Shown here: positions 1 through 8,672 of the stretch, one piece after another
Layout of the letters: each line of letters starts with the position of its first letter
How positions within the stretch are numbered: the first letter of the stretch is position 1
Assembly: GCA_964355275.1 (NCBI GenBank)
Contig: CAYHCB010000001.1
Coordinates: 1,532 to 65,531, forward strand
DNA: 64,000 nt
Direction of reading: 5' to 3'
Source of the DNA: an uncultured Gammaproteobacteria bacterium
GTDB taxonomy: Bacteria > Patescibacteriota > Patescibacteriia > Patescibacteriales > UBA12465
Program-made: the position numbers and the translations under genes
Notes under the pieces: model-generated
The model's input: the letters and a program-made list of their open reading frames with translations, nothing else
What the model was told of the DNA's origin: nothing
The model's database searches: none

Positions 1-291
1 CACTGTAAGCTAAGTTGCTTTGCTCCCTTAATCTTCGCAAAAAAATTTGTGTCTTTTGTTCTAACATAGTTAGATAATATGATTTTATAGGAAAATTGTC
101 AAAATTTTTGGGAAGGGAATGATTGTCTATCTGTGGCTTCTCATTTTAACGTCAGCTTATCACCTATCAAGGTAGTAGCAAGTCTCCACCTTGACTGTCG
201 CAAGCAATCAGACGTTGTCTCATTTCGTGCCGATAGATAATCTAAGGCGACGTTATCCGGCAATTTAAAAATCAGTCGCCAATTTAATTTT

Positions 292-588
292 ATGACAATA
301 TCAGTCAAATCAAATTGGACAGGTTCAGAAAACACTTCTGATCTAGTCAGAAAGCAAATCGCCGAACGTTGGGGCGAAGATGAAGCTAAACGTTATAATC
401 CGTTTGTTAATTGCTTCACTTTCAACGGTTGGCTCAAGAACGGCTATGTCGTCCGCAAGGATGAAAAAGCCATCAAGTCTTTCATTATCGTTGAAAAGAA
501 AGATAAGAAAACCGGAGCGGTTGTTGAAAGACGACCGAAGACGATTTATCTTTTCTTCGATCTGCAAGTTGAGCCTCAACAGGCTTAA
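292..588 (+). CDS. small protein resembling the C-terminal half of an ArdC-N (DUF1738-type) ssDNA-binding / antirestriction domain
   Basis: 98-aa ORF with an in-frame TAA directly upstream. The segments CFTFNGWLKNGYVVRKDEKAIKSFIIV and KTIYLFFDLQVEP fit the ArdC-N pattern as I remember it (TF.QW..lG..VrKGEKg..vv ... Y.VFN.eQ.e). It has its own terminator. Recognition is by eye only. Confidence 0.4.
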   Translation: MTISVKSNWTGSENTSDLVRKQIAERWGEDEAKRYNPFVNCFTFNGWLKNGYVVRKDEKAIKSFIIVEKKDKKTGAVVERRPKTIYLFFDLQVEPQQA

Positions 589-595
589 ACAATTT

Positions 596-629
596 AAGGA
601 ATCAATCCTTCGGGATTGGTTCCTTTTTT
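596..629 (+). terminator. rho-independent terminator after the ArdC-N-like ORF
   Basis: 13-bp stem aaggaatcaatcc (596-608) / ggattggttcctt (613-625) with one G-U pair and a ttcg tetraloop, followed by a T-run at 624-629. Confidence 0.75.
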
Positions 630-771
630 GTATCGACAAGACTAATTTTTTGGCTAATTTTAGTAATTGGTATTTTTGACTTTTAGCTAAAATTATGTAA
701 TTATAAAATATAGATAAATAAAATATAAAGAATGAATAAAGTCGTAAAATTGACGATTTATTTAAATTAAT

Positions 772-3309
772 ATGTCTAATCAAAAAGAAGCAAGCGCAAG
801 AATAAAAATTAACAAATTACTTGAAGAGTCCGGATGGCGCTTTGAAGACAATAAAAACGGGAAGGCCAATATTCAATTAGAGCCTGGGGTAAAATATTCT
901 GATCTTGGTGATGATTTTGAAAATGAAGCCCATGGGTTTATTGATTTTTTATTATTAGATAAAGACGGACGCGCACTTGTAGTTGTAGAGGCTAAAAAAG
1001 AATCCATTGATCCATTATCAGCTAAAGAGCAGGCTAGAAACTATGCTCGTAATGCAGGTGCTCGATTTGTTATTCTTTCAAACGGTAATATTCACTATTT
1101 TTGGGACACTAAACACGGTAATCCTGATACTATTTCTCGTTTTCCAACCCAAGAATCTATAACGCAATATGAAAAATATACCCCTAATCCTGCGGAACTA
1201 GCCCAAACAGTTGTTGATGAAAATTACATAGTGGCTACGCAAATTCCAAACTTTGCAGAAGACCCAGCTTTTCAAGACGAATCGACTCGTGAAGAATTTT
1301 TAAAAAATAATAAGCTCAAACAACTCCGCCCATACCAAGTACAAGCAATAAAAGCATTGCAACAAGCCGCCCAAGAAGAGAAGCAAAGATTTTTATTTGA
1401 AATGGCCACTGGAACTGGTAAGACTTTAATTTCAGCTGCTGTTATTAAATTATTTCTTAAATCTGGCAATGCTCGTCGTGTGCTTTTTTTAGTAGACAGA
1501 CTTGAACTTGAAGATCAAGCACAAAAGGCTTTTGTCCATTATTTAGGCAAAGATTTTAGAAGTGTGATATATAAAGAAAATAGAGATTCATGGTCAAACG
1601 CCAGTATTGTTGTTTCTACTATACAAACATTTTTAGCTGGTGACAGATATAAAAAAGAATTTTCTCCTACCGATTTTGAATTAGTAATTTCTGATGAGGC
1701 CCATCGTTCTATCGGGGGTAATAGTCGTGCAGTTTTTGAATATTTTGTTGGTTATAAACTTGGTCTAACAGCTACACCAAAAAATTATTTAAGAGGCTTT
1801 GATGCTGAAGGCGCGGATAGCCAAAGGGAATATGAACGCAGACTTTTAGTAGACACTTATAAAACTTTTGGCTGCGAATCCGGAAATCCCACTTTTTCTT
1901 ATGACTTAGAAAAAGGGGCAGAAGAAGGCTATCTTATTAAGCCTACTCTTGTTGATGCGCGCACTAATATCACCACCAAACTTCTTTCTGAGGAGGGTTA
2001 TGCTGTTCACACTTTAACTGAAAGTGGAGAAACTATCGATGAGATATTTAATGAGCGTCACTATGAACGTAAAATTTTCAACGAAGAAACAGATATTGCC
2101 ATGTGTAAGGCACTTATGGATAATGGTCTTTTTGACCCAGTTGCTAAACAGCTTGGCGTAGATCTTTTTGGAAAAACAATTGTCTTTGCTGTATCACAAA
2201 AACATGCAGCGAGACTTACAAATATCTTAAATAAAATTGCTTTTGAAAAATGGCCCGACCAATATAGTGAATCAAATTTTGCCATGCAAGTTTCTTCTCA
2301 AGTTGCCAATGCGCAACAAATGACTATTAATTTTGCGAACAATCGCCTTGGTGGACAAGCTAACCATCCTGAAGGATATGATACAAGTAAAACTCGTGTG
2401 GCAGTTACAGTAGGCATGATGACTACCGGATATGATTGCCAAGACTTACTTAATATCGCTTTAATGCGTCCAGTTTTTAGCCCGACAGATTTTGTTCAGA
2501 TAAAAGGACGAGGCACAAGAAAATGGCAATTTGAATATAACGATTATAACAATGACCCAATTATTGAACCAAAAGAAAAGTTTAAATTTTTTGATTTTTT
2601 TGCTACTTGTGAATATTTTGAAAATGAATTTCCATATGATGAAAAAATAAAAATAGCTAAAATTGCCGCTGGCGTTATAACTGATCCGCCAGTTCCTGGT
2701 AATGGCATTGAACCACCTATTTCGCCCGCTAATACACCAATTGACCTAGCCACTTCTGATGAATTAGCTACAATTTCAGAAACGCCAGAAGGAGTAATTA
2801 TGCGTATTGATCGCGAAGGCTTTAGACGCGCCGTAGAAGAAGATGTCTTAGGAAATGAGACTCTTAAAAATATGTGGGATAATGGTGACACAGAGGAGGC
2901 TGAAAATTTTGCTAAAAAGAATATTTTTGATAAGCCAAAGTATTTTCTTAATTTGGATAAAATTAAAAAGATTTTTGGTATTGACCGCAGAATTACCGTG
3001 AAAGAATTTTTACAGGTTGCTTTTGGTGATAAAGATTCTTTTGAAATGAAGGACGAACTTTTAGAATCAGAATGGGAAAAATTCACTGAAGTAAATCCAG
3101 TTGACCAGCAGCATTATAAAGTAGTAAAAATGTTTTTTAAGGCATATTGCACTGATGAAAAGGTTCGGGAAATTATTGCCAGTCGACAAACAGCTAGATT
3201 CTATACCGAGTCATCTTTTCGTTTTGATGAATACCAAGAATTAAATGGTTTTAAAATTATTATTCCTCAATATATTCGTGATTACGCTTATCACTTAACA
3301 AATTTGTAA
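772..3309 (+). CDS. hsdR: type I restriction enzyme R subunit (HsdR; N-terminal PD-(D/E)xK nuclease plus SF2 helicase)
   Basis: 845 aa. The N-terminus KINKLLEESGWRF ... IDFLLLD ... VVVEAKK is the HsdR_N nuclease motif. Helicase motifs are I MATGTGKT, II SDEAHRS, III LGLTATP and VI QIKGRGTR. It sits immediately upstream of the methylase/specificity gene. Confidence 0.9.
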   Translation: MSNQKEASARIKINKLLEESGWRFEDNKNGKANIQLEPGVKYSDLGDDFENEAHGFIDFLLLDKDGRALVVVEAKKESIDPLSAKEQARNYARNAGARFVILSNGNIHYFWDTKHGNPDTISRFPTQESITQYEKYTPNPAELAQTVVDENYIVATQIPNFAEDPAFQDESTREEFLKNNKLKQLRPYQVQAIKALQQAAQEEKQRFLFEMATGTGKTLISAAVIKLFLKSGNARRVLFLVDRLELEDQAQKAFVHYLGKDFRSVIYKENRDSWSNASIVVSTIQTFLAGDRYKKEFSPTDFELVISDEAHRSIGGNSRAVFEYFVGYKLGLTATPKNYLRGFDAEGADSQREYERRLLVDTYKTFGCESGNPTFSYDLEKGAEEGYLIKPTLVDARTNITTKLLSEEGYAVHTLTESGETIDEIFNERHYERKIFNEETDIAMCKALMDNGLFDPVAKQLGVDLFGKTIVFAVSQKHAARLTNILNKIAFEKWPDQYSESNFAMQVSSQVANAQQMTINFANNRLGGQANHPEGYDTSKTRVAVTVGMMTTGYDCQDLLNIALMRPVFSPTDFVQIKGRGTRKWQFEYNDYNNDPIIEPKEKFKFFDFFATCEYFENEFPYDEKIKIAKIAAGVITDPPVPGNGIEPPISPANTPIDLATSDELATISETPEGVIMRIDREGFRRAVEEDVLGNETLKNMWDNGDTEEAENFAKKNIFDKPKYFLNLDKIKKIFGIDRRITVKEFLQVAFGDKDSFEMKDELLESEWEKFTEVNPVDQQHYKVVKMFFKAYCTDEKVREIIASRQTARFYTESSFRFDEYQELNGFKIIIPQYIRDYAYHLTNL

Positions 3310-3313
3310 AAAT

Positions 3314-5719
3314 ATGAATACAGATACAAAAAGACATATAGATTCCGCACGACAAGTATTGGTTGGAGTAGTACCTAATCCAACATCTCAGATTGATCAA
3401 ATCACTAATGCCTTGATTTACAAGTTTATGGACGATATGGATCAAGCCGCTATCAAACAAGGTGATGAACCATCTTTTTTTGTTGGCGATTTAGAATTGT
3501 ATGCCTGGACACGACTAATGGATCCTCGCATGGGCAATCAAGAACGAATGAATCTGTATTCAGAAGCTTTAATAAAATTTTCTCAAGCCAAGCAACTTCC
3601 TGAGCTGTTCCGTGGTATTTTTAAATCAGCCTTTTTACCATATCGTTCCCCGGAAACTTTAGGGCTGTTTCTAAAAGAAATTAACTATTTTGATTATTCG
3701 CACCCCGAAGAGCTCGGCAATGCTTATGAATATCTATTATCAATAATGTCTTCGCAGGGTGATGCCGGACAATTCCGCACCCCGCGCCATATAATTGATT
3801 TTATTGTTGACATTGTTAATCCAACTAAAGATGATAAAGTTCTTGATCCTGCTTGCGGAACGGGTGGCTTTTTAGTTAGTTCATATACGCATATCTTAGA
3901 ACAACATGATGGCAAAGATGACCCAGAAAAGAAAGAAAAACCACTAACGCCAGATGAACGTAAAAAATTAATGGCTAATTTTGAGGGGTATGATATCGAC
4001 CCGACAATGGTGCGTATTGCGCAGGTTAATATGTATCTGCACCAATTTAAGAATCCAAAAATTTATCAATATGATTCTCTTTCTAGCGAAGAACGTTGGA
4101 ATGATAAATTTGACGTTATTCTTGCTAATCCGCCATTTATGTCGCCAAAAGGAGGTATTAAGCCACATAGCAAATTCAGTATTCCTTCAAGTAGAAGTGA
4201 GGTCCTTTTTGTAGATTACATAATGAATCATTTGCGACCAAAAGGTCGTGCTGGCATAATTGTCCCAGAAGGAATCATTTTCCAATCAGGTAACGCACAT
4301 AAAGAGCTTCGCAAAAATTTAGTTAATGATGGCCTGTATGCCGTGGTTAGTTTGCCGTCTGGTGTATTTGCGCCATATAGTGGAGTAAAGACTAGTATCT
4401 TACTTTTCAATAACGAACTAGCAAAAACAAGTCAAGAAATTTTGTTTGTAAAAATAGAAAATGACGGTTTGAGCCTTGGAGCACAAAGACGGGAAATTCA
4501 AAAAAACGATCTACCACAAGCACTTGTTGTTTTGAATAAGTGGAACACGGGAGAAAAAGTAGAAAGCAAACTTGCGGTGTATGTAGAAAAATCAAAAATC
4601 GCCGAGAACGGCGACTTTAATCTTTCTATTGACCGTTATCGCATAACGACTGATTACACAAATGCCAAATGGCCGATGGTAAAACTGGGTGATATTTGTG
4701 AATTTGTTGGGAAAGGTGGCCGACCTGCGTCTTTTGCTACCGAAAATGGGAAGATTCCATTTATCGTTTCTTCATCGTTTGAAAAAAAATGTGATTCTGC
4801 TGATTTCGATATAGAAGCATTGATAATTGGCGATGGAGGATCGGCAAATATTCACTACATAAATGGAAGATTTTCAGCCTCTGACCATACTTATGTTTTA
4901 AAAAACAAAAATGAAGAAACAGTGTCGTTGGAATATATTTATGGACTGATATTAAATAATTTGGAAATAATTGAAAAAGGATTTCAAGGGCAAGGTCTAA
5001 AAAATGTTTCAAAAAAGTACTTAGAGTCTATTGAAGTGCCCCTTCCTCCTCTCGAAATCCAAGAGCAAATCGTGGCGGAGCTAGACAACTACTCAGGAAT
5101 CATCGACGGTGCCAAACAAATTGTACAAAATTGGAAACCAAAAATTGAGATTGATCCGAAGTGGGAGAAGGTTAAGTTGGATAAACTAGTTTCTTTTTCG
5201 CAAGGCGTTCAAGTAGATTTAGAAGATCAATTAAAAACGCCGACCAAGGACTATGAGAAGTTTTTGCGCATTGAGAATTACACTCAAAATTCAGGCGATT
5301 TTAGATATATCCCTAAAAAGATGGGGCGAGAAAAATTTGTAACAAAAGACGATGTCGTTGTTGTTAGATATGGTGCATCGGCTGGATTTATTGGTCGTGG
5401 ATTGGATGGTATTTTGGCAAATAATTTATTTTTAGTAACACCAGAAATAAAAGAACTTGATAAAAGCTATCTTTTCCATTATCTAAATTCTGATTTAGCA
5501 CAAACTTATTTAAAGCAAGCTATGGCTGGTGGGGCTATGCCAGCACTTAGTTTTGGTATTGTCAAAGAGTTAGAAATTGTTATTCCCCCTCTTACCACTC
5601 AAACACAGATCGTAGAAAAAATTGAAGCCGAACGCACTCTAGTCGAATCCGCAAAGAAGCTTATTAGCATTTATGAAAAAGAAACTAAAAAAACAATAAC
5701 TAAACTTCTGGAAGAATAA
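3314..5719 (+). CDS. hsdM: type I R-M N6-adenine DNA methyltransferase fused to a complete two-TRD specificity (HsdS) module
   Basis: 801 aa. It has an HsdM_N-like N-terminus, SAM motif VLDPACGTGGFL and catalytic motif ILANPPFMSP. From about residue 455 there are two target-recognition domains, each opening W(P/E)xVKL (WPMVKLGDICEF, WEKVKLDKLVSF). These are separated and followed by coiled-coil conserved regions (LEIQEQIVAELD, LTTQTQIVEKIEAE). Confidence 0.88.
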   Translation: MNTDTKRHIDSARQVLVGVVPNPTSQIDQITNALIYKFMDDMDQAAIKQGDEPSFFVGDLELYAWTRLMDPRMGNQERMNLYSEALIKFSQAKQLPELFRGIFKSAFLPYRSPETLGLFLKEINYFDYSHPEELGNAYEYLLSIMSSQGDAGQFRTPRHIIDFIVDIVNPTKDDKVLDPACGTGGFLVSSYTHILEQHDGKDDPEKKEKPLTPDERKKLMANFEGYDIDPTMVRIAQVNMYLHQFKNPKIYQYDSLSSEERWNDKFDVILANPPFMSPKGGIKPHSKFSIPSSRSEVLFVDYIMNHLRPKGRAGIIVPEGIIFQSGNAHKELRKNLVNDGLYAVVSLPSGVFAPYSGVKTSILLFNNELAKTSQEILFVKIENDGLSLGAQRREIQKNDLPQALVVLNKWNTGEKVESKLAVYVEKSKIAENGDFNLSIDRYRITTDYTNAKWPMVKLGDICEFVGKGGRPASFATENGKIPFIVSSSFEKKCDSADFDIEALIIGDGGSANIHYINGRFSASDHTYVLKNKNEETVSLEYIYGLILNNLEIIEKGFQGQGLKNVSKKYLESIEVPLPPLEIQEQIVAELDNYSGIIDGAKQIVQNWKPKIEIDPKWEKVKLDKLVSFSQGVQVDLEDQLKTPTKDYEKFLRIENYTQNSGDFRYIPKKMGREKFVTKDDVVVVRYGASAGFIGRGLDGILANNLFLVTPEIKELDKSYLFHYLNSDLAQTYLKQAMAGGAMPALSFGIVKELEIVIPPLTTQTQIVEKIEAERTLVESAKKLISIYEKETKKTITKLLEE

Positions 5720-5733
5720 TTTTAATTTGTTTT

Positions 5734-6384
5734 ATGTACGAAGAGGCATTAGAAATTCATAAATATTTACCAATTCGTAAAAACTCTTTAGAGGATGAGT
5801 ACATTACGCATTTATGGCAGACGTTTTTTACCTTAGATTCTTCTAATGAATTGGTACAGCCATTTATGATGATGCCATTTCATTTGCTTTTTATGATGGC
5901 TCTCCAGTATAAAGCATTACGCATATCAAAAGAACTAAATAATGAATATTCCTTAGTATTTACAATAAAAAATTTTAGAGACGCACACACCCTGAGTCAA
6001 CCAAATTCAGTTTTTGACTTTTCGTTATTACTAGAAAGAACGCTGCCAGATTTGTTTAGACTAATAAATTTAGAGGAATCTTTAATATCTAGAATTAAAA
6101 AATTAGTTGACTATAGAAATGATAAATTAGCCCATGCTAACGGAGGAATAGCACAAGAATTTAGTTTAAAAATAGAAGAATATTTAGATTGTTTAAGAGA
6201 AATTCAAAAAAAGTTTTTAAGCCTTAATGACTTAATGGCAAAAGAATTTAAACTTGAAATGACAGTAGATGACGTACCCAGTGAATTTATAGAAATAAAA
6301 CTACTCAACAGCTATCTTTGCCAGGCGGATTTTAATGAAGGCGTATTAAAAGATGCGTTTGGCGCAGTTGGTAGTTATATATAA
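5734..6384 (+). CDS. hypothetical protein with a HEPN-like Rx4-6H motif (candidate RNase/toxin component)
   Basis: 216-aa ORF starting 14 nt after hsdM-S. The motif LVDYRNDKLAHANGG (R128...H134, nt 6115-6135) fits the HEPN Rx4-6H signature seen in Abi/DUF4145/PrrC-type proteins. No other recognisable motif. The fold assignment is unverified. Confidence 0.45.
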   Translation: MYEEALEIHKYLPIRKNSLEDEYITHLWQTFFTLDSSNELVQPFMMMPFHLLFMMALQYKALRISKELNNEYSLVFTIKNFRDAHTLSQPNSVFDFSLLLERTLPDLFRLINLEESLISRIKKLVDYRNDKLAHANGGIAQEFSLKIEEYLDCLREIQKKFLSLNDLMAKEFKLEMTVDDVPSEFIEIKLLNSYLCQADFNEGVLKDAFGAVGSYI

Positions 6385-6388
6385 AAAT

Positions 6389-7279
6389 ATGCCAAAAAAT
6401 AAAAAACGAAGTAAAAAATATCAAGGACCAAAATTGCCAAAAAAACCAGAAAATTTTCGCTCATTTTCAGAATGCGTAAAATGGTTAAAAAAATCTGTTT
6501 ATATTATTGTTCGTGGGAGAAAAATAAAAATTGGTGAGGAAGAAAGTATAAATTGGGTTACTCTTGGCTCAGGTTTTATTGCAGCTCCAAATAGATATGT
6601 TACAGCCGCACACGTTATAGATAGCCCAGAAAATGGTGAGCAATCGCAGCATCAAGATGGTGATAAATATTATCTTTTAAGACACGATGATGATGGTGTA
6701 TATCATTTTAGAATTTTTGAACCAAAATTAAATAAAGAAATTTTTACCTATCCTGATATTGACCTCGCTGTTATTTATTTGGAGGAAGAATTCTATCAAG
6801 TTGGCAATCAAATATTTGCTGATAGAAATGATTTTATAAGAATATCGAAAGACTTTTTACCCATCGGATCGGAAGTTGGTATACTTGGGTACCCGCTTTG
6901 TCAGTTAAAATTTCAAAATAGAGATGTAAACAAGCCTTTAATTAAAGATATTTTACTTAGAACGGATCAGGGGGTTGTTAATTGTAGATATCAGACATCA
7001 CCGACAAATTATTTATATGAATTTACGCTTGCATTTAATCCGGGAAATAGTGGTGGTCCAATTTTTGACATAAAAACTGGTAAAATTGTTTCTATCGTAA
7101 AAGGATTTAAATCAATAAGAATTATTGAACGAGAGAATATAATTTCTGAAGAAGGTGCAAAAAAGTTAGAAGTTTATAAAGAAAAAGCTTTTATAGAGAC
7201 ATTAAATGCCAATTATTCTTTTGGTTTTGCAACACCAACTTTTTTAGAAATTTTTAAAAAACATAATATCATTAGTTAA
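6389..7279 (+). CDS. cytoplasmic trypsin-like (S1 / Trypsin_2-type) serine protease
   Basis: The catalytic triad context is TAAHV (His), DIDLAVIYL (Asp) and NPGNSGGPIF (Ser). The N-terminus MPKNKKRSKKYQGPKLPKK is Lys-rich with no signal peptide or TM segment. I chose the ATG at 6389, 4 nt after the upstream stop, over the ORF-track ATG at 6353, which overlaps the upstream gene. Confidence 0.8.
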   Translation: MPKNKKRSKKYQGPKLPKKPENFRSFSECVKWLKKSVYIIVRGRKIKIGEEESINWVTLGSGFIAAPNRYVTAAHVIDSPENGEQSQHQDGDKYYLLRHDDDGVYHFRIFEPKLNKEIFTYPDIDLAVIYLEEEFYQVGNQIFADRNDFIRISKDFLPIGSEVGILGYPLCQLKFQNRDVNKPLIKDILLRTDQGVVNCRYQTSPTNYLYEFTLAFNPGNSGGPIFDIKTGKIVSIVKGFKSIRIIERENIISEEGAKKLEVYKEKAFIETLNANYSFGFATPTFLEIFKKHNIIS

Positions 7280-7345
7280 ATTCCTTATCTATTATTAGCC
7301 ACCCACGTCCGAAAACTGTCTCTCCAAGCGAGCATCGATGAACTA

Positions 7346-7370
7346 ACAGGCTGTAATAGGCCTGTTTTTT
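7346..7370 (+). terminator. rho-independent terminator closing the hsdR-to-protease operon
   Basis: Stem acaggc (7346-7351) / gcctgt (7360-7365) followed by tttttt. This is the first hairpin plus T-run after position 772 on this strand. Confidence 0.6.
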
Positions 7371-7463
7371 CATAGTATTCGTTAAAATTTGAAGGTTCGA
7401 AAGTGGAATTTACAGTAGGCATCCATTTTGCTAAAAATTCACCCTCTAAAGTAGATTTTACCC

Positions 7464-8672
7464 TTATTTTATTACTTTACTAAAAAGTTTTAAATAAGAA
7501 GCAAATACTTTCTCATTATTATGAGCACTCCGTAGATGTTTTCTAATAGCTATAGGCATTGGTTTATTAGCTATTTTTTTAATTTGACTTATGACTTTAT
7601 TCACATCATCACTTAAAATCCAATCTTTGGCTTTATATTTTTTAAAATCACTAACATAACCAACGTTTTCTGATATAGCAATTGGAGTTTTAGAGGCAGT
7701 AGCCTCAAGCACAACCGTTGGCGAAACATCAAAAAGAGATGGTTGAATTAATAAATCTACGGAATTACAAAAATCGGAGACACCACTTCTATCTAAGGGG
7801 GCGACAACATCTATAAATTTCTCGTATTCATTTTTTACTTTTTGGTATTTAGGCAAATTTGGGATATCGGTAATAACATGAATTTGCCAGGGAAGATTAA
7901 GTTTTTTACTTTCTTTAGCTAAAGATAAGATTAATTTATGATTTTTTATATTATCCCATCTGGCAATTACTCCAATATGAAATTTTTTTAAATCAAAATA
8001 AAATCTTGAGTCAGTTTTATTGCTGCTTAATTCTTTAAAATCATTAAAATTAAAGGGAAGAGGAATTATATAAGTATTTTTATCATCCCTTTTTGCAACA
8101 TTTTTATAGTAGTAATCTCGGCTCCATTCATTTAAAAAAACTTCACCGGCGGTAAGTCTAGTCGAATCCTGCTCCATTATTTCCATTATTTTTCGGCCAT
8201 ATTTACTATATATGGCTTTATGAATATTAAGTTCTTTAGTCCAAATACCAGCATGCTGAATCACGGTTGGGGTATTTGTTTTTTCGGCAGCTTTAAGTAA
8301 CATCCAATTAATTATTCCGAAACCATTTAAAAAAACTACATCCGGCTTTTTATCTTTTATTAGGTCAATTAGAAGATTAATTGGCTTTTTAAGTATTTTT
8401 GCCGGGTCTTTTAATTCTGAGGCTTGAGTAATTTTTTGTAACAGTTTATTTGGTAACAAAAGTTGATAATAATTTCTTTTGGTAAAATTAAAAATGTTAG
8501 TAATTTCTATTTTTGGAGTTCTTGTGGTTTGATACATCAGTCCTATCCAATGATCTTTAGTATTTGCCTGGAGATAAGTGTTAAAAAGTTTAGCAAAGTT
8601 AGCTGGCCCCCCTTGAGAAACATTTTCTGAATCAGGCATATTAGTCGGAAAACCATTGGATAATATAATCAT
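7464..8672 (-). CDS. glycosyltransferase, GT-B fold (GT1/GT4-like)
   Basis: 402 aa. The C-terminal half has the typical GT4 pattern (LLIQPSLFDVSPTVVLEATASKTPIAISENVGY, an E-x7-E-like region). The N-terminal Rossmann half is VVFLNGFGIINW. Confidence 0.7.
   Translation of the reverse strand: MIILSNGFPTNMPDSENVSQGGPANFAKLFNTYLQANTKDHWIGLMYQTTRTPKIEITNIFNFTKRNYYQLLLPNKLLQKITQASELKDPAKILKKPINLLIDLIKDKKPDVVFLNGFGIINWMLLKAAEKTNTPTVIQHAGIWTKELNIHKAIYSKYGRKIMEIMEQDSTRLTAGEVFLNEWSRDYYYKNVAKRDDKNTYIIPLPFNFNDFKELSSNKTDSRFYFDLKKFHIGVIARWDNIKNHKLILSLAKESKKLNLPWQIHVITDIPNLPKYQKVKNEYEKFIDVVAPLDRSGVSDFCNSVDLLIQPSLFDVSPTVVLEATASKTPIAISENVGYVSDFKKYKAKDWILSDDVNKVISQIKKIANKPMPIAIRKHLRSAHNNEKVFASYLKLFSKVIK

Noticed and set aside
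1-67. Possible 5' end of a divergent XRE-type HTH regulator running off the left edge (minus strand, MLEQKTQIFLRRLREQSNLAYS...)
   Set aside because: Only 22 codons are visible. The LR.LRE..NL pattern is suggestive, but this is far too short to call a feature.
141-335. 64-aa minus-strand ORF and a GC-richer, hairpin-containing stretch (stem 167-173 / 188-194) upstream of the ArdC-N-like gene
   Set aside because: The ORF overlaps the start of the plus-strand gene and has no recognisable motif or SD. The hairpins are short and I cannot match them to an RNA family. The region is kept only as part of the island-border observation.
343-783. 146-aa minus-strand ORF and the 99-aa plus-strand ORF at 380-679, both overlapping the ArdC-N-like gene and the hsdR upstream region
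   Set aside because: They are antisense or out-of-frame to a better-supported ORF. They run through an obvious terminator hairpin and AT-rich promoter DNA. Their translations are low-complexity (I/L/F/K/N-rich) with no motif.
2544-3086. 180-aa ORF antisense to hsdR, and several 60-90-aa ORFs antisense to or out-of-frame within hsdR, hsdM-S, the 1688-aa gene, uvrA, uvrB and others
   Set aside because: They lie entirely inside strongly supported genes. Their translations are low-complexity. Such ORFs are expected by chance in AT-rich DNA, where the antisense of K/E/N-rich coding sequence lacks stops.
6353-6388. ORF-track start of the protease gene at 6353 (MRLAQLVVIYKN...)
   Set aside because: These 12 codons overlap the end of the HEPN-like gene in another frame. 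The ATG at 6389 gives a 4-nt intergenic gap and a plausible N-terminus, so it was preferred. The choice is not proven.
7394-7402. GGTTCGAAA, a tRNA T-loop-like sequence in the gap after the R-M island
   Set aside because: The flanking sequence cannot be folded into a T-stem, acceptor stem or anticodon arm. I found no tRNA gene or convincing tRNA fragment here or elsewhere in the window.
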